Shown here piece by piece: positions 16,341 through 26,205 of a DNA stretch of 44,832 nt (its first letter is position 1; each line of letters opens with the position of its first letter). The translations under genes and the position numbers were made by a program. The notes under the pieces were generated by a model. That model saw only the letters and a program-made list of their open reading frames with translations. It was not told the origin of the DNA and ran no database searches. The stretch is from a phage: sequence record PX055572.1; one strand, written 5' to 3'.

Positions 16341-18672
16341 TGTAGCTAGTTTAGTAGTAAAAGTAACAGAGCAAGGCGCGAAAGCCACATCAGACCGTCT
16401 TGACAACCTTTCAAAGTCCGCAAAAGTAGCGGGGGCCGCCGTAGCAGGCCTTGCTTCTATCGTAGCGGCTACCGCGTATAAAGCTGCCCAAGAACTGGTT
16501 GACTCACAGCGGCAACTGGACAAGATGTCCGCCAGTTTGAAGACCTTAACAGGAAGTACCCAAGGTGCTAAACAGGCGCTAAGTATCCTGCAAGATTTTG
16601 CCCGCGATACCCCATACGGACTGGAGCAGGCGGTGGAAGGCTTCCGTAAGCTGGTGGCCCTTGGCCTTACCCCATCCGAGGAGGCGTTGCGGTCCTACGG
16701 CAATACCGCATCGGCTATGGGCAAGGACCTTAATCAGATGATTGAGGCGGTAGCCGACGCCAGTACGTTTGAGTTCGAACGCCTAAAAGAATTCGGCATC
16801 AAAGCCAAGCAGAACAAAAACGACGTAGAGTTTACATTCCAGGGGACAACAACCGTAGTTAAGAAAAGCGCTGCCGATATTGAGCAGTATTTACTTAATA
16901 TTGGTAACGTAAATTTTGCCGGTGCCATGGCGGACCAGGCCAACACCCTTAATGGCGCTATCGCGAGCGCCAGTGACTCATGGTCGCAGCTAAAAATGAC
17001 GCTTGCCACCAGTCTTGATGTTGGCGCACTTGCGGAACCTATCAGGTATATCGATGACTTGATCCAGGAATTAAACGCGTCTGTTGCTTCCGGTGAATTA
17101 GCCGCTGAAATGCTGATGTGGGGCGACATAGCGTCGGAAGTAGGAAGCGCTATCGAGATGTCATTCGACGCTGCGTTTGGCTTTGTTGGTGACGCCATCA
17201 ACGGGCTTAATGAACTGTGGGATTTCAGCAGCAAGAGTATTACCGATAGCGGAGAACAAACGGCCACCACCATCGCTGAATCCGCCGCCGATGGTCTTGA
17301 CTTCATCGCGGAAGAGTTCACCGCGATGGAGAGATTCTTTGAAGATATGGTTAAAGGTGCTCAGGACGCTGGCCGTCTTGTACGCGCCGCTTTTACCCCC
17401 GGGGAATCAGTAGACGTAGCTAAAAATATCAACTTCCAGCTTGGCATGGCTTTGGATACCCAGCGCGATGTCGCCGACGTTACGCGTAAAAGTTTCCGCG
17501 AACAGGTAGAAGCTCAACAGGATATTGTAGCGTTAAAACGCGCGGCGTATGACATCGATAAGGAGTCCGCAAAAGCTGAGGGGTTAAACAAATTTAAGGT
17601 AACCGGAACCGGCGGCGGTTCTGACGATGACGGGTCAGCCGCAAAAGCCGCTAAGAAAGCAGTGGACGCGTTCGAGCGCCAGAAAAAGGCGGCGGAAGAC
17701 TTCTACTATCAGTCAATCCATCTTAATGATGACGTATTTCAGAAAATAGAAGCTAACCAGGAAGAGCAACTGTCTAAGTTGCAGGATTTTTATAGCAATA
17801 AGCTTCTTAGCGACCAACAGTACGAAAACGCCAAGACGCAGATTATGCTCTCTGCCGAACAGGCCCGCCAGGAAGAACTGGACAAGAAAAGGAAAGAAGC
17901 CCAGGAGAAGCAGCAGAAAGGTGATGATTTCATGGCTCAGATTATGGGCCAGAACGCCACCGAGCTTGAGCTTCTGGATATTCAGGAACAGCAGAAACTG
18001 GCGGTAGCCGATAAGTACCGGGAACAAGGTCTGATTAGCGAGAAGCAGTATCAGGCCGCGCTTAACGCCATCAACGAGCAGTACGCAACCAAGCGTGCCG
18101 ACGCAACGGCAACAGCTTTCGGTAACATGGCCTCAAACATCGGGTCTGCGTTGGGCGAGGCTTCTGGTGCGTACAAGGCATTCGCTATCGTACAGGCCAC
18201 TATAGCCACGTACACCGCAGCTATCGAGGCGTACAAGTCAACGGCTGCTATCCCTGTTGTTGGCCCGTTCCTGGCCCCTGTAGCCGCTGCCGCTGCCGTC
18301 GGGGCAGGTATGGCGCAGATTTCCGCTATCAGGTCAGCACGTGAACAGGGTGGACAGTTATCCGCCGGGCAGGCTTCCACCATCGCTGAACGCGGTAAAC
18401 CCGAAGTTATCATGCCCGCTGGCGCATCGCGTGTGCGCACCGCGCAGCAGATGAAAGAAATTATGGGGCAAAACGGGTCTTCTTCCGGCCCATCTAATGT
18501 TACCATTGTAAATAATACATCGAGTCAGATTGGCAACGTATCCACCGAGCAGGATGATGAAGGCCGTCTGCGTATCATCATAGAAGAGCAAGTTGCTGCA
18601 TCTTTGCAGAACAGCAACAGTAAGATTAGCAAGGCCCGCAAGGCCACAAGAAACGCGCCGGGGTTTAAATAA
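16333..18672 (+). CDS. Tail tape measure protein
   Basis: 779 aa, Ala/Gln/Glu-rich coiled-coil with C-terminal hydrophobic segments; position after chaperones. Confidence 0.8.
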   Translation: MADVASLVVKVTEQGAKATSDRLDNLSKSAKVAGAAVAGLASIVAATAYKAAQELVDSQRQLDKMSASLKTLTGSTQGAKQALSILQDFARDTPYGLEQAVEGFRKLVALGLTPSEEALRSYGNTASAMGKDLNQMIEAVADASTFEFERLKEFGIKAKQNKNDVEFTFQGTTTVVKKSAADIEQYLLNIGNVNFAGAMADQANTLNGAIASASDSWSQLKMTLATSLDVGALAEPIRYIDDLIQELNASVASGELAAEMLMWGDIASEVGSAIEMSFDAAFGFVGDAINGLNELWDFSSKSITDSGEQTATTIAESAADGLDFIAEEFTAMERFFEDMVKGAQDAGRLVRAAFTPGESVDVAKNINFQLGMALDTQRDVADVTRKSFREQVEAQQDIVALKRAAYDIDKESAKAEGLNKFKVTGTGGGSDDDGSAAKAAKKAVDAFERQKKAAEDFYYQSIHLNDDVFQKIEANQEEQLSKLQDFYSNKLLSDQQYENAKTQIMLSAEQARQEELDKKRKEAQEKQQKGDDFMAQIMGQNATELELLDIQEQQKLAVADKYREQGLISEKQYQAALNAINEQYATKRADATATAFGNMASNIGSALGEASGAYKAFAIVQATIATYTAAIEAYKSTAAIPVVGPFLAPVAAAAAVGAGMAQISAIRSAREQGGQLSAGQASTIAERGKPEVIMPAGASRVRTAQQMKEIMGQNGSSSGPSNVTIVNNTSSQIGNVSTEQDDEGRLRIIIEEQVAASLQNSNSKISKARKATRNAPGFK

Positions 18673-20090
18673 TGAGCGACTTATACTTTCCACGTAGCCT
18701 TAAGCCGGTGGTATCAAAAGGCTACTCAATGACCAGACGTAACAACGTCTGGAGTGTAGATTTAGCCGGTGGCGGGGTGCGTCAGGGCCGTGACACGTAT
18801 TACGACGTGTTCCCTGTTAGCGTAACCCTGATTACATCCGCAATGGGGCGGCAGGCGTTTCTGTCGTTCCTCGAGAAAGTCGATGGTGGCGCGTCAAGTT
18901 TCTGGATGGCGCACGACTTCGGCATGGGTATTGAGGATTATCAGGTAACCATCACGTCCACTATAGCGGAGTCCACCGAAGACGGCATTAACTGGACGAT
19001 TACCTTCACGGCAACCGCCGAGAAATCGCCGTTCCAGGACCAAGAGAACCAGTGCCTGATTAACAATCTTCCAGATTTGTATGGCTGTTATGGTGATTGC
19101 CTGGGCAGTTTCCTGAAAATATATGCGAACTACGAGACTACGTTCCCACGCATCTGGAGTAATGAAGGGCCTGCGGGATACCCGCCAATTAACCTTCTGG
19201 CGTCCGCGCTGGATAGCCGCATTGTTTATGAGGGGCCACAGGTATACCACATCAACCGAAACGGCAATCTTGTGCCAACAGCCGCAAATGAATGGCCCCT
19301 TACGTTTATTGACGGGGTTGCTGTTGGGCGTGTGCCACCAGAAGGCGGTTCTATTAACTACCAGATAGGCGGGTTAGGTATTGGGTGGGTACGTACTTTC
19401 AACCGTATGCCACTAACATCAACAGAGGACAGTGTATATCAAGGCAACCTGGCGGGCACAGTCACCCCAACAGCAGAAAATAACAGCCATTTCTTGTATG
19501 CCGAATCGCTGGGGGATTCAGTAATAGATGTTGGGGAAACATATACTGCTACGGTAATTCTTAAGGCGAATGGTGTCCAGTTTATTCAGGTTTATTGGAA
19601 CGCAGGTAGCACAGGGGTTTCATCGCAATACTCTAACTTCGACCTTATTAATAAAGCTGTATCAGGCACGGCGACATCGGCTTTCGTAACTGAAATATCT
19701 GATGGGTGGGTTCTATGCTCAACTACCACAACCGCGACAGGAGACGGTTCTGCACTATCCTCCATCGCGGTGGCAAGCGTACCGTCTATGACGTCTACCA
19801 GACTCCCGTCTTACGCATCGGATGGAGCATCTTCTTTTTCAGTTGCGTCCGCTCAGGTTGAAAAAAAACCATTTGCCACGTCGCCGATAGTAACTGACGC
19901 ATCACCATCCGCCCGCCCGGCGGCATCGGCAAAAGTAGCAATGAACGGCGCAACAAGCATCGACATTACCTATTCTGACGGCACTGTGGTAAACATTCCA
20001 GCGATTGGAGATTACGCCTCCATACCACAAGCGGATTCGGCGTGGGGTAGTAAATACATCACTCGTATTGATTTTAATGTGGACGGTTAA
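18672..20090 (+). CDS. Minor/distal tail protein
   Basis: 472-aa ORF immediately after tape measure (ATGA overlap). Confidence 0.45.
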   Translation: MSDLYFPRSLKPVVSKGYSMTRRNNVWSVDLAGGGVRQGRDTYYDVFPVSVTLITSAMGRQAFLSFLEKVDGGASSFWMAHDFGMGIEDYQVTITSTIAESTEDGINWTITFTATAEKSPFQDQENQCLINNLPDLYGCYGDCLGSFLKIYANYETTFPRIWSNEGPAGYPPINLLASALDSRIVYEGPQVYHINRNGNLVPTAANEWPLTFIDGVAVGRVPPEGGSINYQIGGLGIGWVRTFNRMPLTSTEDSVYQGNLAGTVTPTAENNSHFLYAESLGDSVIDVGETYTATVILKANGVQFIQVYWNAGSTGVSSQYSNFDLINKAVSGTATSAFVTEISDGWVLCSTTTTATGDGSALSSIAVASVPSMTSTRLPSYASDGASSFSVASAQVEKKPFATSPIVTDASPSARPAASAKVAMNGATSIDITYSDGTVVNIPAIGDYASIPQADSAWGSKYITRIDFNVDG

Positions 20091-20093
20091 TTT

Positions 20094-20609
20094 ATGAGCC
20101 AGGAATCTGTAGAAGCCGCCTATCGCCGTAAGCTGGCCTCAAATCCCGACGGCGAGATGGACTACATCACGTTGCAAATCAGCCACCCGTTGCTGTCAAA
20201 GACGTACTATCTTGTGCGCGGGCTACAGGAACTTACGGCAACGCTGGAGACGGGAGAAACAATCACGTTCGAACCTACTCCTATGGAAGCGTCGGGTGCG
20301 GCTAACAACAGTGATATGGACCAGACGACGACATTTACTTTACCGGATATTCTCAATCAACTTGACGATGAGATGGATAAAATCCCGATGAGCAATACCG
20401 AGTTGCCGAAGTTCGTCTTCCGCCGTTACGTCAGCACCGACCTGTCTTACCCGGCGGATGGCCCTGTCGTGTACGAGTTACAGGCCATCAACCAGGAGAA
20501 GGGCGAGTTCTCTGCGGATGTCGGTACACCTATGCTGAACCAACGAAGCACTGGTATACTGATGACACCTAAAGAGATACCGTTATTACGCGGCCTGTTG
20601 ACTACATGA
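20094..20609 (+). CDS. Minor tail protein
   Basis: 171 aa, tail module position. Confidence 0.4.
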   Translation: MSQESVEAAYRRKLASNPDGEMDYITLQISHPLLSKTYYLVRGLQELTATLETGETITFEPTPMEASGAANNSDMDQTTTFTLPDILNQLDDEMDKIPMSNTELPKFVFRRYVSTDLSYPADGPVVYELQAINQEKGEFSADVGTPMLNQRSTGILMTPKEIPLLRGLLTT

Positions 20610-20971
20610 ATATTAACGACTACACGGGAATACCTTACGACTTTCGCAAACGTAATTGCTGGCATCACGTGCGCATTGTCCGCGCGGATGCCGGGTTAGA
20701 AACCCCAGCGTTCGACGTTGCAAGCCCAACGGCGATTAACGAAGCGTTCGACGAAGGACATCGCAACACGAAGGGACTTACAAAAATTGATAAGCCTGAA
20801 AACTTCTGTGCGGTGCTTATGGGGTATCGCCGCGGCGGTCGTATCGTGTGGCACGCAGGAGTTTACTTCGACGGGATGGTGAGCCATTGCGAGCTTGCTT
20901 CCCATCAGGTACGGCTTGACAGGCTGGCGGATCTCAGAGACACGTACACGGAGATTGAATTTTGGCGATAA
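20606..20971 (+). CDS. Minor tail / tail assembly protein (possible Cys-His hydrolase-like)
   Basis: 121 aa with NCWHH...WHAGVYF...SHCE Cys/His pattern; position before tip protein. Confidence 0.35.
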   Translation: MNINDYTGIPYDFRKRNCWHHVRIVRADAGLETPAFDVASPTAINEAFDEGHRNTKGLTKIDKPENFCAVLMGYRRGGRIVWHAGVYFDGMVSHCELASHQVRLDRLADLRDTYTEIEFWR

Positions 20972-23529
20972 TCCTGCACTACACGCGAAACGCTGATGGC
21001 GCTTTCAACCGTACAAAACACGTCGGGATGCCGATGGAGTTTGTCGTTAACCGTATCCCGGACGGCGTTCCGGTACGCGTCTATCTTGGCGAGATTGGTG
21101 ATGATACTGATGTTACAGACGACTTCGACGCGCTCAAAGACGAGGACGCCGTGTACCACATTATTGAGGGCGCTGGCGGCGGCATTGGCGACGCCATCGG
21201 GAGTGTATTCAGTTTCATCCTTAAGCCAATCGCCAAATTGTTCGGGCTAAACACAGCGGCTAACGCTAATTATTCCGCTACCAACAATCAGGCTACGTCG
21301 CCTAACAACAGTCTCACCGACCGCTCAAACAAGCCACGACCTTATGAGCGTTCCTATGATATCTGCGGGACAGTGCAGACCATCCCCAATGACCTGATGC
21401 AGACATATAAGGTGTTTAATGCCGCGGGTGCGCTTATTGAATATGCGTACTATGACGCCGGTCGAGGGTATCTGCATATTGAGGAAGACGGTGTGACGGA
21501 GGCGGATACCCGAATCAGCGAGATAACTGGCTCGTCGGTGACGGTGTATTCTCCTTACACTTCGCCGAATAACACCAGCACACCACAATTGCATATCGGC
21601 GACCCTATAGACCAGAAATTGTACGTTACATTTAAAAACGCCGATGTCGATGGCGCTGTTCTTCCCGCCCCTAATGATATCGCTATAGACGTGCAGGACT
21701 ACACTGTCCAGCGGCAGGGAACAACCGGCGTTGTAGTAGGCGATGACGCTGGTTTCGATGAGTTTTTGGCCGTCGGAGACCTGGCATATTTCGATAACGT
21801 ATATGCGGACACAACCCCAGGGTCTTTGGGTAATGAGGTTAACCTGGACGGGAGGTACACGGTTCTTTCTGTTAGTGAAACGACCCTTATTGTGGACGTC
21901 AGTACAAATCAATCAATATGGAACCGGCTAGGGTCATCGGTGTGGTTTATAGGTGAAGAGGGTAACCATCTCATAGGTCCGGCGGACACTTACGCGGCTT
22001 CCCTCTCTGAATGGGCGTACATCACCCGCGGTACGGTCAACCGTGTTGTAGCCAATGTCGCCGCCAGCAACGGCATGTATAAATATAACGGCGATTATAA
22101 CCGTGCCTCCGTTACGGTGGAACTGCAATACCAGATGGTGGACGAATTGAAACAGCCCGTTGGTGGCATATTCACCGTGCAAGGCACTGTTACAGGGAGA
22201 AACACCGATTACACTGGTATTACCTTATACGGAAGCTTGCCTACCGCTTCCAGATTCCGCGCCCGTATGCGCCGTGTTTCCGATACTGATAAAGATTTTG
22301 AGGGTACTGTTAGCGACGAGGTTACTTTCACTAACCTGTACGGACAGTCTCTGGACACAACACCGCACTACGGCAACCGCACTACGGTGCACTGTGCCCG
22401 TAAACAAACCCCACGTGCAGCCGAGGTGTCAGAACCGGAACTGCGCATGATTGCTACCGAGATGTGCTACAAATACTTAGGTAACGGCGTATTCGATACG
22501 GTAATGACACCGAACACTCAGGCCGTGCAGTCGCTAATCAGGCTGGCGCGCGACCCGGCGGTGGGTAATCTGGAGCTGACAACAGCAAACATGGACAAGT
22601 TACTTGCGGTGCAGGAAGAGATTGAGTCACATTTTGGCAGTGAATTAGCCGGGCAGTTCTGCTACACATTCGACGACTACGACACAACCATGCAAGACAT
22701 CGTTCAGACCATCGCGGAAGCCGTGTTTTGTACGGCATACCGTAAAGGTGCTGATATTATGCTGCGATTCGACCGTCCTGTTGCGGGGCCTGAGATGGTT
22801 TTCACCCACCGCAGCAAAACGACCGGTACGGAGAAATGGACGCGCACGTTCAACGATTCGACAACCTACGATAGCCTGTCGTTCTCGTACATTGACCCGG
22901 ATACAAACGTACAGGAGACGATTTATATCCCGGAAGAACTCGGCGCGAACACCGAGGAGTACGAATCGAAGGGTGTACGTAACTATCAGCAAGCGTACTG
23001 GCTGGCGTGGCGTCGCTACCAGCGCAACACGTTAAGTAAAGTTGTCGTAGAGTTCGAAGCTACCGAAGAAGGCGCTCTCGCTACTCCCGGCGGCGTAATC
23101 AGTGTGGTTAAAGGCTCGCGTATCGCGCCGCAGGATGGTTATGTTGTTGCCGTCAATGGCCTTACGCTGACGCTGTCTCAGCCTGTTACGTTTACTCCTG
23201 GTGATGACCATTCCATCATTCTTAAGAAGCGCGACGGCTCTGTGCAGAGTATTTCTGTTATCAAAGGAAGCCACGACCGCGAAGTGATTATGCTCTCCGC
23301 GCCGGAGGAGGCAATCTACACGGGGAATAGTGCGCTAAAAACTGAGTTTTCATTCGGCAACGAAGCAAGGCATAATGCTCAGAAGATAGTTGTTTCTTCA
23401 ATCGACCCCGGCGACGACCGCACGGTCAAGATTACGGGCTACAACTATGATGACGGATTCTATAAATACGACGGCGTCGCGCCATACGGCAGCGGTTTCT
23501 CCGACGGATTCAGCAATGGTTTTAATTAA
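20962..23529 (+). CDS. Tail tip / central fibre protein (J-like)
   Basis: 855 aa, largest non-TMP tail ORF; start uncertain (TTG 20962, or ATG 21022/21028, not verified by indexing). Confidence 0.5.
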   Translation: MAIILHYTRNADGAFNRTKHVGMPMEFVVNRIPDGVPVRVYLGEIGDDTDVTDDFDALKDEDAVYHIIEGAGGGIGDAIGSVFSFILKPIAKLFGLNTAANANYSATNNQATSPNNSLTDRSNKPRPYERSYDICGTVQTIPNDLMQTYKVFNAAGALIEYAYYDAGRGYLHIEEDGVTEADTRISEITGSSVTVYSPYTSPNNTSTPQLHIGDPIDQKLYVTFKNADVDGAVLPAPNDIAIDVQDYTVQRQGTTGVVVGDDAGFDEFLAVGDLAYFDNVYADTTPGSLGNEVNLDGRYTVLSVSETTLIVDVSTNQSIWNRLGSSVWFIGEEGNHLIGPADTYAASLSEWAYITRGTVNRVVANVAASNGMYKYNGDYNRASVTVELQYQMVDELKQPVGGIFTVQGTVTGRNTDYTGITLYGSLPTASRFRARMRRVSDTDKDFEGTVSDEVTFTNLYGQSLDTTPHYGNRTTVHCARKQTPRAAEVSEPELRMIATEMCYKYLGNGVFDTVMTPNTQAVQSLIRLARDPAVGNLELTTANMDKLLAVQEEIESHFGSELAGQFCYTFDDYDTTMQDIVQTIAEAVFCTAYRKGADIMLRFDRPVAGPEMVFTHRSKTTGTEKWTRTFNDSTTYDSLSFSYIDPDTNVQETIYIPEELGANTEEYESKGVRNYQQAYWLAWRRYQRNTLSKVVVEFEATEEGALATPGGVISVVKGSRIAPQDGYVVAVNGLTLTLSQPVTFTPGDDHSIILKKRDGSVQSISVIKGSHDREVIMLSAPEEAIYTGNSALKTEFSFGNEARHNAQKIVVSSIDPGDDRTVKITGYNYDDGFYKYDGVAPYGSGFSDGFSNGFN

Positions 23530-23541
23530 AGAGGACTCTAT

Positions 23542-25527
23542 ATGTCAAGCGGATGCGGTGACGTTTTAAGCCTGGCGGATTTACAAACCGCCAAGAAACA
23601 CCAAATTTTTGAAGCCGAGGTTATCACCGGTAAATCCGGCGGGGTTGCTGGTGGTGCCGATATTGATTACGCGACCAACCCTGTTACCGGGCAGACCCAG
23701 AAGACGCTTCCTGCTGTGTTGCGTGATGCCGGTTTTTCTCCCGTATCGTGGGACTTTTCCACCGGCGGTACGTTAACAGTTAATGACCGCGACAAAGTGG
23801 TGTATGACCCCGTAAGCAAGACGTGGTACTCATATGCGGGTACGTTGCCGGTTGTTGTTCCCGCGAGTTTTAATCCAGTCGGTAACGCTAACTGGAAGCC
23901 GCAGACAGACCCAAATTTGCGTAATGATTTGGCGTCAAGTACCGCCGGTTTAGGGGCTTCACTGGTGTCTTTTTCCAACGGTAACACCGTTGAAACATTA
24001 TCTGACGCGGAAGGTGCCAAGAACATAGGCAGTGGCGAAAGGAGTTTGCTTGCACGTAACAATGATATTAAGCATTCTGGCGACTTTTCTACCCTTCAAG
24101 CCGCGGTAGATGCGTCGTTAACTAAAAACGACTTAATTGTTTCTCCGGGTGAGTATACAGAAGCAATCACTCTGGGTAGTAAGCAGATAAAAGGTGTAGG
24201 TGGTGCTGCAATATTAAAACCATCGGCAAACTATGCAAATACTGTACAGGTTAATTTATCCACCCCGCACTGGCAGTTTCGACACAGCGGTGGTTTTGCC
24301 GTAGATGGTACAGGTACAACTGGGGCCGCAGGTATTAGTTTTGACCCGTCAGACCAATATTCCGGACGTCATAATTTTAGTGATTTATACATCCACAACA
24401 TCAACAAGGCCATTCAGAAGCCTTCCGGGAACATCGGTAATACATGGAGAAATATTGGGGTATCTACGTGTGATTGGGGGTATTACGCGATTAGTGGCTC
24501 AGAGATGCATTGCGGGGCCGATACCCTCTACAATATCCACTTCGACGGCATCTCCACCTATGCCGTCTACCTAAACGGCACTGTCGATAACGGTGGGATA
24601 GGCGGATGGTGGCTTAAAGACTCCATTATTGAGGCTTCCGGAGGCGGCGGGATATACTTAAAAAGCAAATCGGGTGACTGTCCTATATCTCCATGCGGGG
24701 TATCCAATGTATGGATGGAAGCTATTGCAACATCATCGGCTGTTCAGGTAGACGGCGTGGCGCAAAAACCGCGAGTTCTCAAGTTGGTAGACACCGCGAT
24801 ATTCTTTGCTGAGTATTCTTATCTCAATAGCATCGAGCTATCCAACTCCAACTTAGTAACTTATGGTTGCCGTTTTGACAACGCCGATGGTAATCAGGAT
24901 ATTGTAGTGGATGCACAAAGCACCATCGTAGCCCACGACGTGTATTTAAACGGCAGCTCTGGAAAGGACGTTATTGTAGAGTCTGTCGCGTCGCAATCCG
25001 CAACGGTAGCCACTACAAACTTGTCTCTACGAGGAAATTTAACAAGGGGACGAGTGTTTAATACGCCGACGGGGAATAAGTTAAAAGCTATCACATTTGA
25101 CTCAGGTAGCCATAATTTTTCTGGTAGCGGTACCGTTAACGGTTCGACTGTATCTGACGGACTTCACGCCGCTACATGTACCGAATTTTCATTCCCTGGG
25201 TCCGGTTTATATGAAATGGTAGCGTCAAGAACGACACTTACATCCGGCAGATGGTACGTGTGGGGCGTCAACTCTCGCCTCCAATCAGGAACAGCAGATG
25301 TGAGTATAACGTCAGGTATTACTATGGGTAGCGTTTATACTAAGTCTGGTGAGTGGATTAGCACATTTGGTGTGGGTAAAGCTTCCGCTAACGGTACTGT
25401 AGGTCTGTACATCTCTACTGGGGGAGGTTCAGGTGCTGTTATCAGATTTAGTGACTTCTTCATCGCTGAGTTTACGACGCAGGCTCAGGCTTTAGCTTTC
25501 GCTAACTCCCGAATGTCGTTGGCTTAA
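23542..25527 (+). CDS. Tail fibre / tailspike protein
   Basis: 661 aa, last gene of tail operon, SD AGAGGA; Gly/Ser/Thr/Asn-rich repetitive segments compatible with beta-helix; followed by terminator. Confidence 0.55.
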   Translation: MSSGCGDVLSLADLQTAKKHQIFEAEVITGKSGGVAGGADIDYATNPVTGQTQKTLPAVLRDAGFSPVSWDFSTGGTLTVNDRDKVVYDPVSKTWYSYAGTLPVVVPASFNPVGNANWKPQTDPNLRNDLASSTAGLGASLVSFSNGNTVETLSDAEGAKNIGSGERSLLARNNDIKHSGDFSTLQAAVDASLTKNDLIVSPGEYTEAITLGSKQIKGVGGAAILKPSANYANTVQVNLSTPHWQFRHSGGFAVDGTGTTGAAGISFDPSDQYSGRHNFSDLYIHNINKAIQKPSGNIGNTWRNIGVSTCDWGYYAISGSEMHCGADTLYNIHFDGISTYAVYLNGTVDNGGIGGWWLKDSIIEASGGGGIYLKSKSGDCPISPCGVSNVWMEAIATSSAVQVDGVAQKPRVLKLVDTAIFFAEYSYLNSIELSNSNLVTYGCRFDNADGNQDIVVDAQSTIVAHDVYLNGSSGKDVIVESVASQSATVATTNLSLRGNLTRGRVFNTPTGNKLKAITFDSGSHNFSGSGTVNGSTVSDGLHAATCTEFSFPGSGLYEMVASRTTLTSGRWYVWGVNSRLQSGTADVSITSGITMGSVYTKSGEWISTFGVGKASANGTVGLYISTGGGSGAVIRFSDFFIAEFTTQAQALAFANSRMSLA

Positions 25528-25529
25528 AA

Positions 25530-25557
25530 CTAAGGCCCCAAACGGGGCCTTTTCTCT
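25530..25557. terminator. Bidirectional terminator after tail fibre gene
   Basis: AGGCCCC-aaac-GGGGCCT then TTTTCTCT. Confidence 0.65.
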
Positions 25558-25693
25558 ACTCTTCTGATAACTTCTCCAGTACAAACGCCAGTTGCGCATT
25601 AGCGGCGTCTCTTTGCTGACGTAGCCGCAGAACCTCTTCTTCGAGTTCCTTGATACGTTTTTGCAATGCCGGAATTGGGGCTATGATGTTCAT
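25556..25693 (-). CDS. Small coiled-coil protein (45 aa)
   Basis: MNIIAPIPALQKRIKELEEEVLRLRQQRDAANAQLAFVLEKLSEE; ATG overlaps Toprim gene stop (ATGA); verified codon by codon. Confidence 0.3.
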   Translation of the reverse strand: MNIIAPIPALQKRIKELEEEVLRLRQQRDAANAQLAFVLEKLSEE

Positions 25694-26205
25694 CTGGTAA
25701 ATTTCCTCGCAAGATACGTTATTTCTTCTTCACAAAGTTCATCGAGGTCGTTAGATACAAATCCTCTGGTGAATGTTTTGCTGAACTTTAAGCCCGCTTT
25801 ATCACTGTCACCGGCGCACACCCATTCATACGGCAAAAGTGACATTTGCTGCCGTAAGTCAGCTGGTATGTTCGACCCCAATGCGCTAACTGCATTAAAC
25901 CCGCAATTCATCAAAGCAACAGCTTTAAATATGCTTTCGGTAACAAATACCACCCCGCTACTTGGCAAATACTCAAGTCCCCATAAACACGGCCTTGTTG
26001 TTCGGGTAAAGTACCGCGCGTCTTTAGGGTTTTTACAGTTCTTTTCAGCATGCGGCTTGTAATGCTGGTATCCTCGTAGCCTGCCGTCAAAACCCCACAA
26101 GTAGAATGTAGCAACGCCAGGGGCTAAGACTACCTGGAGACGGTCTGCGTCAAAACCTCGTGACAGCAGATGCGCCTTAAGTAGAAACTCTTCGAAATCC
26201 ATCAT
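25690..26205 (-). CDS. Toprim-domain protein (primase-associated)
   Basis: Conserved Glu (VFVTESIF) and DxD (CAGDSDKAG) spaced as in Toprim folds; 171 aa. Confidence 0.45.
   Translation of the reverse strand: MMDFEEFLLKAHLLSRGFDADRLQVVLAPGVATFYLWGFDGRLRGYQHYKPHAEKNCKNPKDARYFTRTTRPCLWGLEYLPSSGVVFVTESIFKAVALMNCGFNAVSALGSNIPADLRQQMSLLPYEWVCAGDSDKAGLKFSKTFTRGFVSNDLDELCEEEITYLARKFTR

Noticed and set aside
16734-18506. Reverse-strand ORFs (195 aa and 151 aa) inside the tape measure gene
   Set aside because: Wholly embedded antisense in the tape measure gene, Ala/Ser-rich, no start context; artefacts of the repetitive coding sequence.
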